Assembly: GCA_964291315.2 (NCBI GenBank)
Contig: OZ219753.1
Coordinates: 800,001 to 864,000 of the forward strand
DNA: 64,000 bases
From: Candidatus Poribacteria bacterium
Lineage (GTDB): Bacteria > Poribacteria > WGA-4E > WGA-3G
Reading direction: 5' to 3'
Positions 45,601 through 54,637 of the stretch are shown in pieces (position 1 is the first letter of the stretch; every line of letters starts with the position of its first letter). The notes beneath the pieces were generated by a model. That model saw only the letters and a list, made by a program, of their open reading frames with translations, did not search any database and had not been told where the DNA came from. A program made the position numbers and the translations under genes.

Positions 45601-48510
45601 CTAGGACTCAGCGAATTTAACCTTAGATTTTTTTCCGCCGTGGATGCTCGGCTCTTGGCATAGCATTTTGCGGAGGAGGGCAAGCCCCTCGTGAACGTCC
45701 GGGCGTTCTTCCTCCGTTATACAGAGCACCTCCGATAACAGCCGTCGATCCAATTCATGACGGACAGGGTCGGAGTCTATCTCATTAAACGGTAACATTT
45801 TCTGACGCTTCAGCTCGTTGAAAACCTGTTTCGCGCTTGTGAGAGATTCGTCGGAGAGCGCCTGGACATCCAACGTGGGCATGGCGTTAAAAGTGGCACG
45901 ACTTAGGATTCCGCGCCCTTGCTGCTGCTTGCTGCTCCGATACCAATGACAAAGCAGACCGAACGTTGAATTGCACCACAACGTCCATGCATATTCATAA
46001 ATTTTGTTGTCAAAAACAACATTCGGGAGTTTGTTGACACCGATAACATTTTGTTCTGTGAACATCTGTATGAGCGAATTGGCATTAAACTGCAATTCCA
46101 TATTGTAATGGGCTCGTCCGTTTAATCTCATGATTTTCTGAACTTTTTCAGCGGAGTTTGGGCGCGGTTGGGCGTGGGAATCTGGTTGAACGAGCATTGC
46201 CCGCTGGGAGTCTGAATTTGAATCTAGATGCCACAAGCATGGATATATGGCGGTATCAGGGCATCCCTTTTGCACGTCAAACGCTCCTCTGCCGCCGCCG
46301 CCTTTTATATCACTTCCGCCAATACCTAGCGTCCCGATTGCTGAAACTGGACATATAGCGATTTGAATATCTGAGGTTTGTCGGGGAGTCCGTATTAGTC
46401 CGTTGGCGAGAGCGTGAGCTGTCTGGACGACGTTCATGTCTTTAACCCGTGAAAGGGGCCATCCTGCATCTGCTTGAGCGATAGGGGCGGCTATTGCATG
46501 TCCAATAATCTCATCGCCTATGTGGAGGGGTTCGCCGCCACTAAGGGTGTCGTCCAGCTGGCGGATATTTTTCAACCTATGGAATTCTTTCGCGACTTCT
46601 AACGCTTCCAATTCACCGTGCGGGCATCGCGTGAGACAGACGAATGTGCCGTGTCCTGTATTTTTACGTTTCCCTTTTTTCGCGACGACGAGGCATTCCG
46701 CCATATTGGTATCTGCTGAGAAGGCGCATTTTTCAATTTCCTCGTGTGCGATAGTGATGACAAGCACATCGTGATATTCTTCTGCCCACAACCTTCGGAC
46801 CTTCTTCCAACTATCTCCGGTGATAGCTGGGACAGGCAGTACAAATGCCATTGAACCGTTGCGTTTCAGCATTCTGTCTGCCAAATCAACGAAGTCTGGT
46901 CCCGCTCCTGGGTTGTTCCCGGTAAGTCGACGTCCCTGCGCCATTCGCGATGCACGCATTGCTGCAGCTTCTTTTTGGTCGGCGAAAATATTTTTGAGGA
47001 TATTAGTGTTACTATCGGCACCGCTCCGTGTGTAGGGTGGATTTTGGATGACGATGTCAAATTCGTTATGTTTGAAGGCGTCGCGCAGGTCGGTGGTTTC
47101 GGAGCCTTTTCCGGTGGCGGTTTCGGTTGCGCCGAGGTTTAAAGGGAGCGTGCCTGCTGGGTCGCTGAGCAGGTTAAGTGCGCCGATGGCGTAAAGTCCG
47201 TCGGCGCGTTGGGTGCCGTAGGGCATTGTGTGGATGCGCGTGCCGCCGATGCGGACGTCGGGATAGGTACTTGCGATGATGGATGCGGTCAGGTGTGCTG
47301 CGTTCGGTAGGATGTCGCATCCGACGAGATTGTTTTCCATCATATATTGATGGATGGTTTCCGCGTTGCCGCCGGCTTGTTCGTAAAGCATGAGTAGGCG
47401 TTGATAGACGCCGTTGAGGAGTGATCCTGTGCCGCAGGCGAAGTCTGCGATTTTAATTTTTTTAGGGTCTTTTGTGAGTTCTGGTAATGCGAGTGCGGAG
47501 AGGAGAGCAGAGGATTCGGGTCGCGTGTAGTTGGCTTTGAGAATTTTTCGGTTGTCGATGAGTTTCTGGAACACAATGCCGGCGAGTTCATGTTCTTGTG
47601 CGAGTCCCATTTTTTCTAGTTCGCGTGCGGTATCTCGCAGTACGCTGAGGATCTCGCCGACGAGTCTGTCGTCGGCTGCGAGTGTTTCGACGAGAGTGTA
47701 GGCGACGTTAAAAATTGGGGCGTAGTTAACTTTTTGGATTTCGCGCCATGCGCGGAGTACTTCGTCTGAGTCGAGGTGTCCGTAGGTTGTGGTAAATTCG
47801 CTGAGGGAGGGGACGTTTTCCAGGTCTGGTTTTCGGGCGATGGAGCTCTGGAAGACGAGTGCGTTGCTGATAATCAACATCGCCATTTGGGTTGTTTGTT
47901 CGCCGGGTTCTTGTATAAGGAGTTGGGCTATTTTTTCGCCGATATGGGGTCGGTGTTGGATGGCGGTGTTGACGATAACGGCTGCGCGATAGATACCGTT
48001 TTCGAGTAGTGCTGCGGCTTCCTCAATTTTAGCGATAGGCGTTGCGCCGATTCGGATGGCTGTTGCGATGTCTGCGATTCGTCCTTTAAGCCATCCTTCT
48101 CTTGGGAATCTGTCGGGCGTTTCAAGACTGAGCAGGACGTACTTGAAGTCGTCGGTGCTTTTTAAGTGCTCTTGGATGTCGTGGCGTGGCATTGTGCGGA
48201 ATCTGTGCGGAATGCGGATTGCTATTGCACTAGCAACGGTTTCGAGGGTGGTGCGGAGGGTTTTGCCGAGGTAATGTTCGCGTGCCTGCTCTATGCCGGT
48301 TTCGTTGGAAGTGTGCTTAGGGTCGATTTTTACTTCGACCGCCATCGGATAGCGTTCGACTGTGCGGATAATTATATCGGGTTTCCGCTGATTTTCGACG
48401 AGCGGTTTTGTTGTTTGTTCGTAAATGCGCCAGGTGGTGCTCATCGGCATTAGGTGTTCGACGAATAGGGTTGTGATGGTGTCTTCGCTGTTGGTGTGTT
48501 GGCGGTTCAT
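45601..48510 (-). CDS. Type IIG-like restriction-modification enzyme (PD-(D/E)XK nuclease + N6-adenine MTase + TRD)
   Basis: N-terminal KPDII...AVEVK, NYTRP, DFACGTGSLL (motif I), GCDI, DIVIQNPPY (motif IV) and AFVLP. 969 aa. Confidence 0.82.
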   Translation of the reverse strand: MNRQHTNSEDTITTLFVEHLMPMSTTWRIYEQTTKPLVENQRKPDIIIRTVERYPMAVEVKIDPKHTSNETGIEQAREHYLGKTLRTTLETVASAIAIRIPHRFRTMPRHDIQEHLKSTDDFKYVLLSLETPDRFPREGWLKGRIADIATAIRIGATPIAKIEEAAALLENGIYRAAVIVNTAIQHRPHIGEKIAQLLIQEPGEQTTQMAMLIISNALVFQSSIARKPDLENVPSLSEFTTTYGHLDSDEVLRAWREIQKVNYAPIFNVAYTLVETLAADDRLVGEILSVLRDTARELEKMGLAQEHELAGIVFQKLIDNRKILKANYTRPESSALLSALALPELTKDPKKIKIADFACGTGSLLNGVYQRLLMLYEQAGGNAETIHQYMMENNLVGCDILPNAAHLTASIIASTYPDVRIGGTRIHTMPYGTQRADGLYAIGALNLLSDPAGTLPLNLGATETATGKGSETTDLRDAFKHNEFDIVIQNPPYTRSGADSNTNILKNIFADQKEAAAMRASRMAQGRRLTGNNPGAGPDFVDLADRMLKRNGSMAFVLPVPAITGDSWKKVRRLWAEEYHDVLVITIAHEEIEKCAFSADTNMAECLVVAKKGKRKNTGHGTFVCLTRCPHGELEALEVAKEFHRLKNIRQLDDTLSGGEPLHIGDEIIGHAIAAPIAQADAGWPLSRVKDMNVVQTAHALANGLIRTPRQTSDIQIAICPVSAIGTLGIGGSDIKGGGGRGAFDVQKGCPDTAIYPCLWHLDSNSDSQRAMLVQPDSHAQPRPNSAEKVQKIMRLNGRAHYNMELQFNANSLIQMFTEQNVIGVNKLPNVVFDNKIYEYAWTLWCNSTFGLLCHWYRSSKQQQGRGILSRATFNAMPTLDVQALSDESLTSAKQVFNELKRQKMLPFNEIDSDPVRHELDRRLLSEVLCITEEERPDVHEGLALLRKMLCQEPSIHGGKKSKVKFAES

Positions 48511-48578
48511 GCGAATTCCTTTGCGCAGGTTGATAGGTTATGCTGCAAGGGCGGTCTCTGCTGCAAGACGGTTAAAAG

Positions 48579-48614
48579 ACGTTGGGGGTGAAACGTGCGT
48601 TCCACCCCCAACGT
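48579..48614 (-). terminator. Probable intrinsic terminator after the lamin-tail gene
   Basis: Perfect 12-bp stem ACGTTGGGGGTG/CACCCCCAACGT followed by CTTTT on the - strand. Confidence 0.6.
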
Positions 48615-48659
48615 TCGGTTAGTTTTAGATGTGTATTATCTGTGTTAACGCAGTGTCTG

Positions 48660-51395
48660 CTATTTGTCAGACGATTTGAGCTCACTCCAACGGGTTGTGA
48701 GTTTACCACTTGCGGAGACGTTCCCGCGCAGGTGCGTCGTGCGTAAGGTCGTGCGCACGCCGTCCATAGAGACGTCTTGTATCTGGTAGTAATAGACCAC
48801 GTTGGGTTTCGCTGTGGTATCCGTGTAGGTGTAGACATGCTTTTCGGATGTCGTGCCGTGTCCAGCGATTAGCCCTTTGGTGTTGATAGTCTTGAATGCG
48901 CCGGTTTCGCTCTCACTGCGCAGGATGTTGAAGCCTGCGTTGTTGAGTTCGGACTGCGTTATCCAAGTAATCTGGACGTGTCCTGTTGCGTTGTTGCGCA
49001 CGGGCCGGAAGCTGGAAAGTGAAACGGGTAGCGGTCCGCCGCTGCGGTAGCCGGGTGTGCTGACATCGTTCCGGTGTCCGTAGAATGCGAGCGATGCATC
49101 CACAGAGTCAGATTTCCGCCAAGAGGTTTGCATTAGCCCGTTATCCGCAGCATTTGGTCCAGAACCCGCCATTTCGCCGGTGAACACCCCGCCATAGGTT
49201 CGCACAATAGAGGCTCGCGTTTCGCCGCTTTCGGGCAGTGCCCATGCCTGTTTGCGCATCCCGTCTTCTATGGTAAGGTTGCTGGCTGTGTCCATAACTG
49301 TTGGGCTGCCTCCGCTGATTTTTGCGCGCAGCTCTAGGTGAAAGCCTTCGGCGCTCAGCAGTAGTCGCCCGCGGGTTGCTAGCCCGAGATCGTTTTGGTG
49401 CTTCTCATTTAGGTTATAGACGTAGTTTTCTGCGACGTTGTTTACACCGCTACGGGAGACGATCAGCAGGGTCTGATTGGGTGGAATGTATGTTCCTGCC
49501 TCAAAGGTGAGAGTTGCGTCGACGTATGATCCTATGCCTGCTGCCTTGTTGAGGATCTCTAACTGCCAGCCTTCGAGGTTCACCGTATCCATCATAGAGC
49601 TGTTGTAGAGTTCTATCCATTGGGCTAGGTTAGCTCGGGGCCCCGCATCGTACATAATTTCACTGATCGTTACTTTTCCGTCGAAGGAGTAGTCTCCGTT
49701 GGAGATTTCGTTGACGGCCATGTTCGGATATCCTGGTGTGCCGGGGGAGGTTGCGGTATCCATTTCTTTATCTTTACCGCGGTCGTAGCCGGTGCCGGTG
49801 AATCCGAATGACTGCCAGTCGTCTTTGTGGACGCGGTTTGCGCGCGACTTTGCCACGTACTTACCGCCGGTGATGTTAACGCCTCGGCCGAACGACATAT
49901 TTTGAGAGGCGAATGTGTTCATACCGCCGAAATCATTATCATCAAGGTCTCCGGGCTTTGTCCATCCTACGAACGGCCAGATTCCGGTATTGAACTTCTT
50001 ATCTTCTTTTCGTGTGAAGAATCCGTTGCCGGCGTAGTCTTTGATATTTGTGGGTTTGCCGACGTCATCGGCGTGGTTTCGGGTTCGTAGCAGGATCAGG
50101 AACTTGCCTGTAGCGGGCAGGTTGAGGTCGCTAGCGACCACGTATTTGTGTGAGGCGCCCTTGTTGACTTGTGTATTGTCCAAGATGTCTTGAAGGTTTG
50201 TGCCTCCGGCGAACCCGACGTTTTTCCCGGGGTCTCGGTTATAGATGACGAGATACTCGCCGGGCTTCATTCTGTATTTCGGCAGTACGGCGAGGCTGGT
50301 GTCTGCGAAGTTGGCGTCGCCTGATTCTTGATAGCCGGTGCCGTCGGCCTTCATTTTCCCTGTGACGAGGCTGAGCTCATAGTTCTCTATATTGATGGCG
50401 CGATCTGATGCATCACTGCTATTATAGAAGAGCTCTATCCAGTCCAAGTTTGCGCTTGAGGGGTCGTTGCGCACTTCGTTGATGATGATGCCTTTATCGG
50501 AGAAGGAGGCGGGGTTTTTATCAAACTTCACTACATCCGGACCGCCGAGTGGCACGTGAACGCTCCCTGGGGAGCCGATGTAACGGCCTGTGAGGTTAAT
50601 TCTGCCTGCGGAAGCTTCCCAGGAACCGGGTTCTCGGCCGTCGCCGATTCCCTTGAGTTTTCCACCTGCGAGTGCATAGGCTTTCCCTGTGCTATCTAGG
50701 TCGATCTTCCGGTACATAGAGACCATATCCGTGGGAGGAGTGCCGGCCTCTTGGTTGCCGTCGATGTCGCCGTTGTTGCCTTTCAGCTGCCATTGTCGGC
50801 CAAAGCCATCGGTGGTCATTACGCGATCTAGAACGACATACTTGCCGTTATCGTCGGAAAACATCATACCCGGAGCACGTTTTTCAAGGTCAGCAAGGTA
50901 CCACCAACTGAGGCCGATCAGGTCACTTTCTTTCAAAGTGCCATGGCCATATACTTCTATCCACTGCGCTGTGTTTCTACTAGGGGAATCCGTTCCCCAC
51001 ATTATTTCGGTGACAACGAGATGGTGCTTGTACTTCATCGCCTCGGCCTCTGTCAGATCGGGCTTTAACGTGTTCATAACGTTTCCACCATCAGAAGTTT
51101 CAAGCGTTGTTGGCAATTTCAATGTAAGGATAAACCCTTCACCGCCATTAAGTCTATCCTTTAGGTCATTCCAAAGCGTACCGCCGGTGTACGCCTTCCC
51201 TTTTGCTGTTGCTCTGATGCCGTTATCAGCTTGATCGCTAGATTTAGCCATGACAAAGAACTTTTTGGCTTCATTGAAGTAACCTGCGGTTGCTCCAGTC
51301 ACAAGTTCCAGCTGTGCGGAAACCTGCGTCGTTGCGAAGAGACACACAAGTCCCAATACTACCAAGAGTCTCATTTTATTCGATAACATTAACAT
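48660..51395 (-). CDS. Secreted lamin-tail-domain (LTD) repeat surface protein with C-terminal GKLTTRWSELK tail
   Basis: Signal peptide, three 'TEIM/NEV/SEIM...WIE(V/L)Y' LTD units, SPG/TPG linkers and a PLPVSLSSF...SELNNAGFNILRS domain. Confidence 0.82.
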   Translation of the reverse strand: MLMLSNKMRLLVVLGLVCLFATTQVSAQLELVTGATAGYFNEAKKFFVMAKSSDQADNGIRATAKGKAYTGGTLWNDLKDRLNGGEGFILTLKLPTTLETSDGGNVMNTLKPDLTEAEAMKYKHHLVVTEIMWGTDSPSRNTAQWIEVYGHGTLKESDLIGLSWWYLADLEKRAPGMMFSDDNGKYVVLDRVMTTDGFGRQWQLKGNNGDIDGNQEAGTPPTDMVSMYRKIDLDSTGKAYALAGGKLKGIGDGREPGSWEASAGRINLTGRYIGSPGSVHVPLGGPDVVKFDKNPASFSDKGIIINEVRNDPSSANLDWIELFYNSSDASDRAINIENYELSLVTGKMKADGTGYQESGDANFADTSLAVLPKYRMKPGEYLVIYNRDPGKNVGFAGGTNLQDILDNTQVNKGASHKYVVASDLNLPATGKFLILLRTRNHADDVGKPTNIKDYAGNGFFTRKEDKKFNTGIWPFVGWTKPGDLDDNDFGGMNTFASQNMSFGRGVNITGGKYVAKSRANRVHKDDWQSFGFTGTGYDRGKDKEMDTATSPGTPGYPNMAVNEISNGDYSFDGKVTISEIMYDAGPRANLAQWIELYNSSMMDTVNLEGWQLEILNKAAGIGSYVDATLTFEAGTYIPPNQTLLIVSRSGVNNVAENYVYNLNEKHQNDLGLATRGRLLLSAEGFHLELRAKISGGSPTVMDTASNLTIEDGMRKQAWALPESGETRASIVRTYGGVFTGEMAGSGPNAADNGLMQTSWRKSDSVDASLAFYGHRNDVSTPGYRSGGPLPVSLSSFRPVRNNATGHVQITWITQSELNNAGFNILRSESETGAFKTINTKGLIAGHGTTSEKHVYTYTDTTAKPNVVYYYQIQDVSMDGVRTTLRTTHLRGNVSASGKLTTRWSELKSSDK

Positions 51396-52051
51396 TACTT
51401 TGATTCTCCTCTGTTGTTAAGTTAAACATAACGTGATCTTCATAAATGACCGGGTTCAGCTCTTGTGGCACAACCTGTTTGGTTCAGCGAGGGTGCTTTG
51501 TATCCAAAGATGAATCCGATATTTATCAAGTCTGTGTTAAGCATAGACAAGATTAAGAGATAGAATAGAGATTGGAGGTTTGTTTTCTCCGTGAACCCGG
51601 CTTTATGCCGAGGTCCCCTTCAGTTCTCTATATTATCCGTTGATTTGATTTCCTCTTTTGGTTGCGTCTTAAACGTCAGTGCTAAAAGAGTTTTAATATG
51701 ATACAATAGTATAACACAAAAAGTCAATAAAGAATAACAAAATCTTTTGTTGATGGGTGTGAATATTGCTCCTGACTATCTTCTGTGTGCGATGCTCTTA
51801 CGGTTTGGGCTAAAAGGAATAAATTGGTTTTCATACGTGAAGTAAGGGAAAGGGCGGAGACGGCCCAAAAGCGACGAAACATCAGAACCTAAATGATATA
51901 GCGATCACCTAACAGGAAGAGGGTTGCTAAGTCCTCTGTGAGTATATGCAGAGTCTTCGCGTGCCTTAATGGGTTAAAAAAGGTACGTTTGACAGAGCCG
52001 ATCAGTTTCATTTTCGGGTTATCTCTTGTTCCATATTTCCCCTATAATATA

Positions 52052-52080
52052 ATTATATCTTAAAGCGCCCATCATGTCAA
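52052..52080 (-). promoter_or_regulatory. Perfect-consensus sigma70 promoter facing left
   Basis: TTGACA (52080-52075), N17, TATAAT (52057-52052). Confidence 0.65.
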
Positions 52081-52117
52081 GTTTTTTTATCAAAAAAAAT
52101 CGGAGGTACCCAGTTGC

Positions 52118-52414
52118 CCTATAAAAGTGCTTAAAGGTCTGATACTGGTTTTGATAGAAGGCAATGTGGATCTGCATCATCTTGCTCGGAGGCGATCGCG
52201 CCTTCTGACACAGGATACTTTGCTAGGTGCTGCAGCCCCTGCTTTCTCTTCGGATGTGAGAAAAAAGTTGTCTATTCTGCAGAAGAGTGATACAATACAG
52301 ATGTGAGAACTCCTTTAGTATAAGATGTGATCCCCTTATTATACTACTTGTTATACTAAACAGGGGTCTCTTTATACGACAAAACATCAATTATTTTTTA
52401 TCAAGCTCACATTA
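52118..52414 (-). mobile_element. IS982-family left-end remnant (TIR, RBS hairpin, degenerate transposase N-terminus)
   Basis: TIR TAATGTGAGCTTGATAA, then AAAGGAG in a hairpin, then IVSLFCRIDNFF and PSKMMQIHIAFYQNQYQTFKHFY, resembling IS982 'LFC.IDDF...SE.MTI.I.FH.S.YR.FK.FY'. Confidence 0.75.
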
Positions 52415-52650
52415 TGTTACGGCTTCAACTTGAAAATGTGTTTTCTGGCGGAAAGTTCTACTTATGAATAGTTATCAGCGGTTAGGCCAGTTTTTTTCAG
52501 TGAATTTTTTCGGTGTGCGCTTGTAGAACAGCGGTTGACTCGCGACTCTGCCAGTTAAGATAGCGTGCAGCTTGAAACGAAATAAAACCGGGATTACGGA
52601 GTGGAACCGGAAAACTGCCCACTCACCGAACCGCAAGGGACATTAGAAAA

Positions 52651-53475
52651 ATGACACCGAAACAACGTTACCTGTTTGATGTAACCGGATACCTTCATTT
52701 GGAGGAGGTCATCGCCGGTGATGCGTTAGCAGAAGCTGCTGAGGCGGTTGATAGGTATATTACATGTCCTGCTGACCAGCTGCCATCGGGCTTTGAGATT
52801 CGAGGACTTCATCAGCACGGATTTGCTTTCGATAAATCGCTTGAGTGTTTAACCGTGCACAGAGCACTATGGCCCATTATCAAAGAGTTGACTGACAATC
52901 AACCGCGATTTGTCAGAGGTTCACTGAAGCACGATACGCACGATTTGTGGGAGGTTGGCGAACGCGCGCGAGTGAACCCAGGTGGTCTCCACTGTGCACG
53001 TGATGATTTCGGACGGTATAGTACCCGTTATGAGGTTAACAACGGACATATCTACTGTGACAATTTTGTCTGCTTTCCTTATTTCACAGATGTCTACCCC
53101 GGTGATGGTGGTCTCATCGTGGTTCCGGGCTCACATAAAAGCGAGTTTGATCGTCCGAAAGAGCTATTGACCCTTAATGAGGTTGACGGCATAGACCCGC
53201 TTGAGGATCCGGTTTTCGTCAATATTACACCGAAAGCAGGCGACATTGTGATTATCTCAGAATTGCTGACGCATGGTGTGTTGCGCTGGAAACCGAAAGC
53301 GCGGGATCGAAGGTTTCTCGTTTTGCGGTATGCCCCGCAATATTCAGGTGCACATAGTTTCCCGCAGCCCATTCTCGATCGATTGTCCCCGGAAACGTTA
53401 GAGTTAGTAGCATCTGCAGCGTATGGACATATCAAGGAGATTGTGAAACAGAATGAGGTTACGCTGACAGTGTAA
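52651..53475 (+). CDS. Phytanoyl-CoA dioxygenase (PhyH) family protein
   Basis: QRYLFDVTGYL, DGGLIVVPGSHK, KAGD...SELLTHG and RR. Confidence 0.85.
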   Translation: MTPKQRYLFDVTGYLHLEEVIAGDALAEAAEAVDRYITCPADQLPSGFEIRGLHQHGFAFDKSLECLTVHRALWPIIKELTDNQPRFVRGSLKHDTHDLWEVGERARVNPGGLHCARDDFGRYSTRYEVNNGHIYCDNFVCFPYFTDVYPGDGGLIVVPGSHKSEFDRPKELLTLNEVDGIDPLEDPVFVNITPKAGDIVIISELLTHGVLRWKPKARDRRFLVLRYAPQYSGAHSFPQPILDRLSPETLELVASAAYGHIKEIVKQNEVTLTV

Positions 53476-53552
53476 CTCGTTATTTTTTAGTATTCTATAG
53501 CGTTTGCCTTTATGGGGTCTGTGTTTTTCTGATTGAGGAAGAGTAAATAAAG

Positions 53553-54242
53553 ATGCAAGCTGTCATTCTATGTGGGGGGCTCGCGACGCGGCTGGGTGAA
53601 GCGGTGAAGACACTCCCGAAAGTCTTATTAGAGATTGCTGGGAAAACCGTTTTGGAGCGGCAAATCCAATTGTTGGAGGCTGCGAATGTTACCGAGGTTA
53701 TCTTGGCGTCTGGGCATCTACACGATGCGCTTTATGAGCATGTGGGTGAGATTTACGCTGGGATGCGTATCCGATACGCGCAGGAGGGAAAAAGGCTTGG
53801 TACAGGGGGTGCAACTCAGAACGCTATGAAGCAGGTAGACACTTCTCCGTTTTTCGTGTTGAACGGAGATATCTTACTTTCGGGCTTTTCACTTGCGGAG
53901 ATGTTGTCCCGGTTTTGTGAAGGGATGGAGGGGCTACTGTTAAGTGTGCATGTCCCGGATATCCGTCCTTACGGTGAAATTGTGTGTGACAAGGATGGGA
54001 AGGTTCGGGGTTTCCACGAAAAACAGTCGGCGTGTCGTGCTGGATATGTTAATGGTGCGATATATCTTTTTGATAGAGGTATTGGTGAGGTGTTTCCGCA
54101 GGGGCAGGAAGTCTTTTCGCTGGAGCGCGATGTTTTCCCGTTTGTTTCTAATCTTTATGCGTTGCCAACAGTTGCGGATTGGATTGATATAGGTGTGCCG
54201 GAGCGTTTGGCTTATGCGCGGGAGCGTTTTTCCTCGGTATAA
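53553..54242 (+). CDS. NTP-transferase (sugar-1-phosphate guanylyltransferase / HddC-like)
   Basis: ILCGGLATRL, LPK, LGTGGA, LNGD, SLERDVFP and WIDIG.PE. Confidence 0.85.
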   Translation: MQAVILCGGLATRLGEAVKTLPKVLLEIAGKTVLERQIQLLEAANVTEVILASGHLHDALYEHVGEIYAGMRIRYAQEGKRLGTGGATQNAMKQVDTSPFFVLNGDILLSGFSLAEMLSRFCEGMEGLLLSVHVPDIRPYGEIVCDKDGKVRGFHEKQSACRAGYVNGAIYLFDRGIGEVFPQGQEVFSLERDVFPFVSNLYALPTVADWIDIGVPERLAYARERFSSV

Positions 54243-54450
54243 AAAATTATTAAGATGAATTCAAAGGACATAACATTGTATTCTGAATCTTACCGTTGTA
54301 TCCGCGAGAATACCTAAACTTTCCGCTTGTCTGTAAAGAATGTTTTGTTGTGCTGGATGTGGCATATCCATTGGTGGGCGTGTCCGGGTACTTCGTCTAT
54401 GGAATTTTTAGCTGTGTGCAAGGCGTTACGCCTACGGTGAAGTCTACAAT

Positions 54451-54630
54451 TAACGTGGGTTTGATAAAAAAAAATGTATCTTCCAGCTGCGTCCGATTTT
54501 TCAGAACCTTGATCACCGAATCAATGAGAATCCGCTTTTTCAGAAACACCTCATCGGCGACAGACAGCGTCACGGACGCCAGGTGTTTACTGACCTTGTA
54601 AACAAACGACACCCCTGCAGCGCACAAGGG
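54451..54630 (-). mobile_element. IS982-family right-end remnant (transposase C-terminal fragment + TIR)
   Basis: GVSFVYKVSK...DEVFLKKRILIDSVIKVLKNRTQLEDT resembles IS982 'D..LL.KR..IE.V...LKN..Q.EH.RHRS'. TIR TTATCAAACCCACGTTA at 54467-54451. Confidence 0.72.
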
Positions 54631-54637
54631 AAGAAAA

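Noticed and set aside
52304-52372. Hairpin with anti-SD CTCCTTT after a promoter-like TTGTCT-N17-TACAAT, suggesting an sRNA or type I antitoxin
   Set aside because: Better explained as the RBS-sequestering hairpin of the IS982 left-end remnant on the - strand.
52570-52645. GGAACCGG...CTGCCC...CCGCAAG resembling a cobalamin riboswitch
   Set aside because: Spacing and the B12 box do not fit. It is probably a dispersed repeat end.
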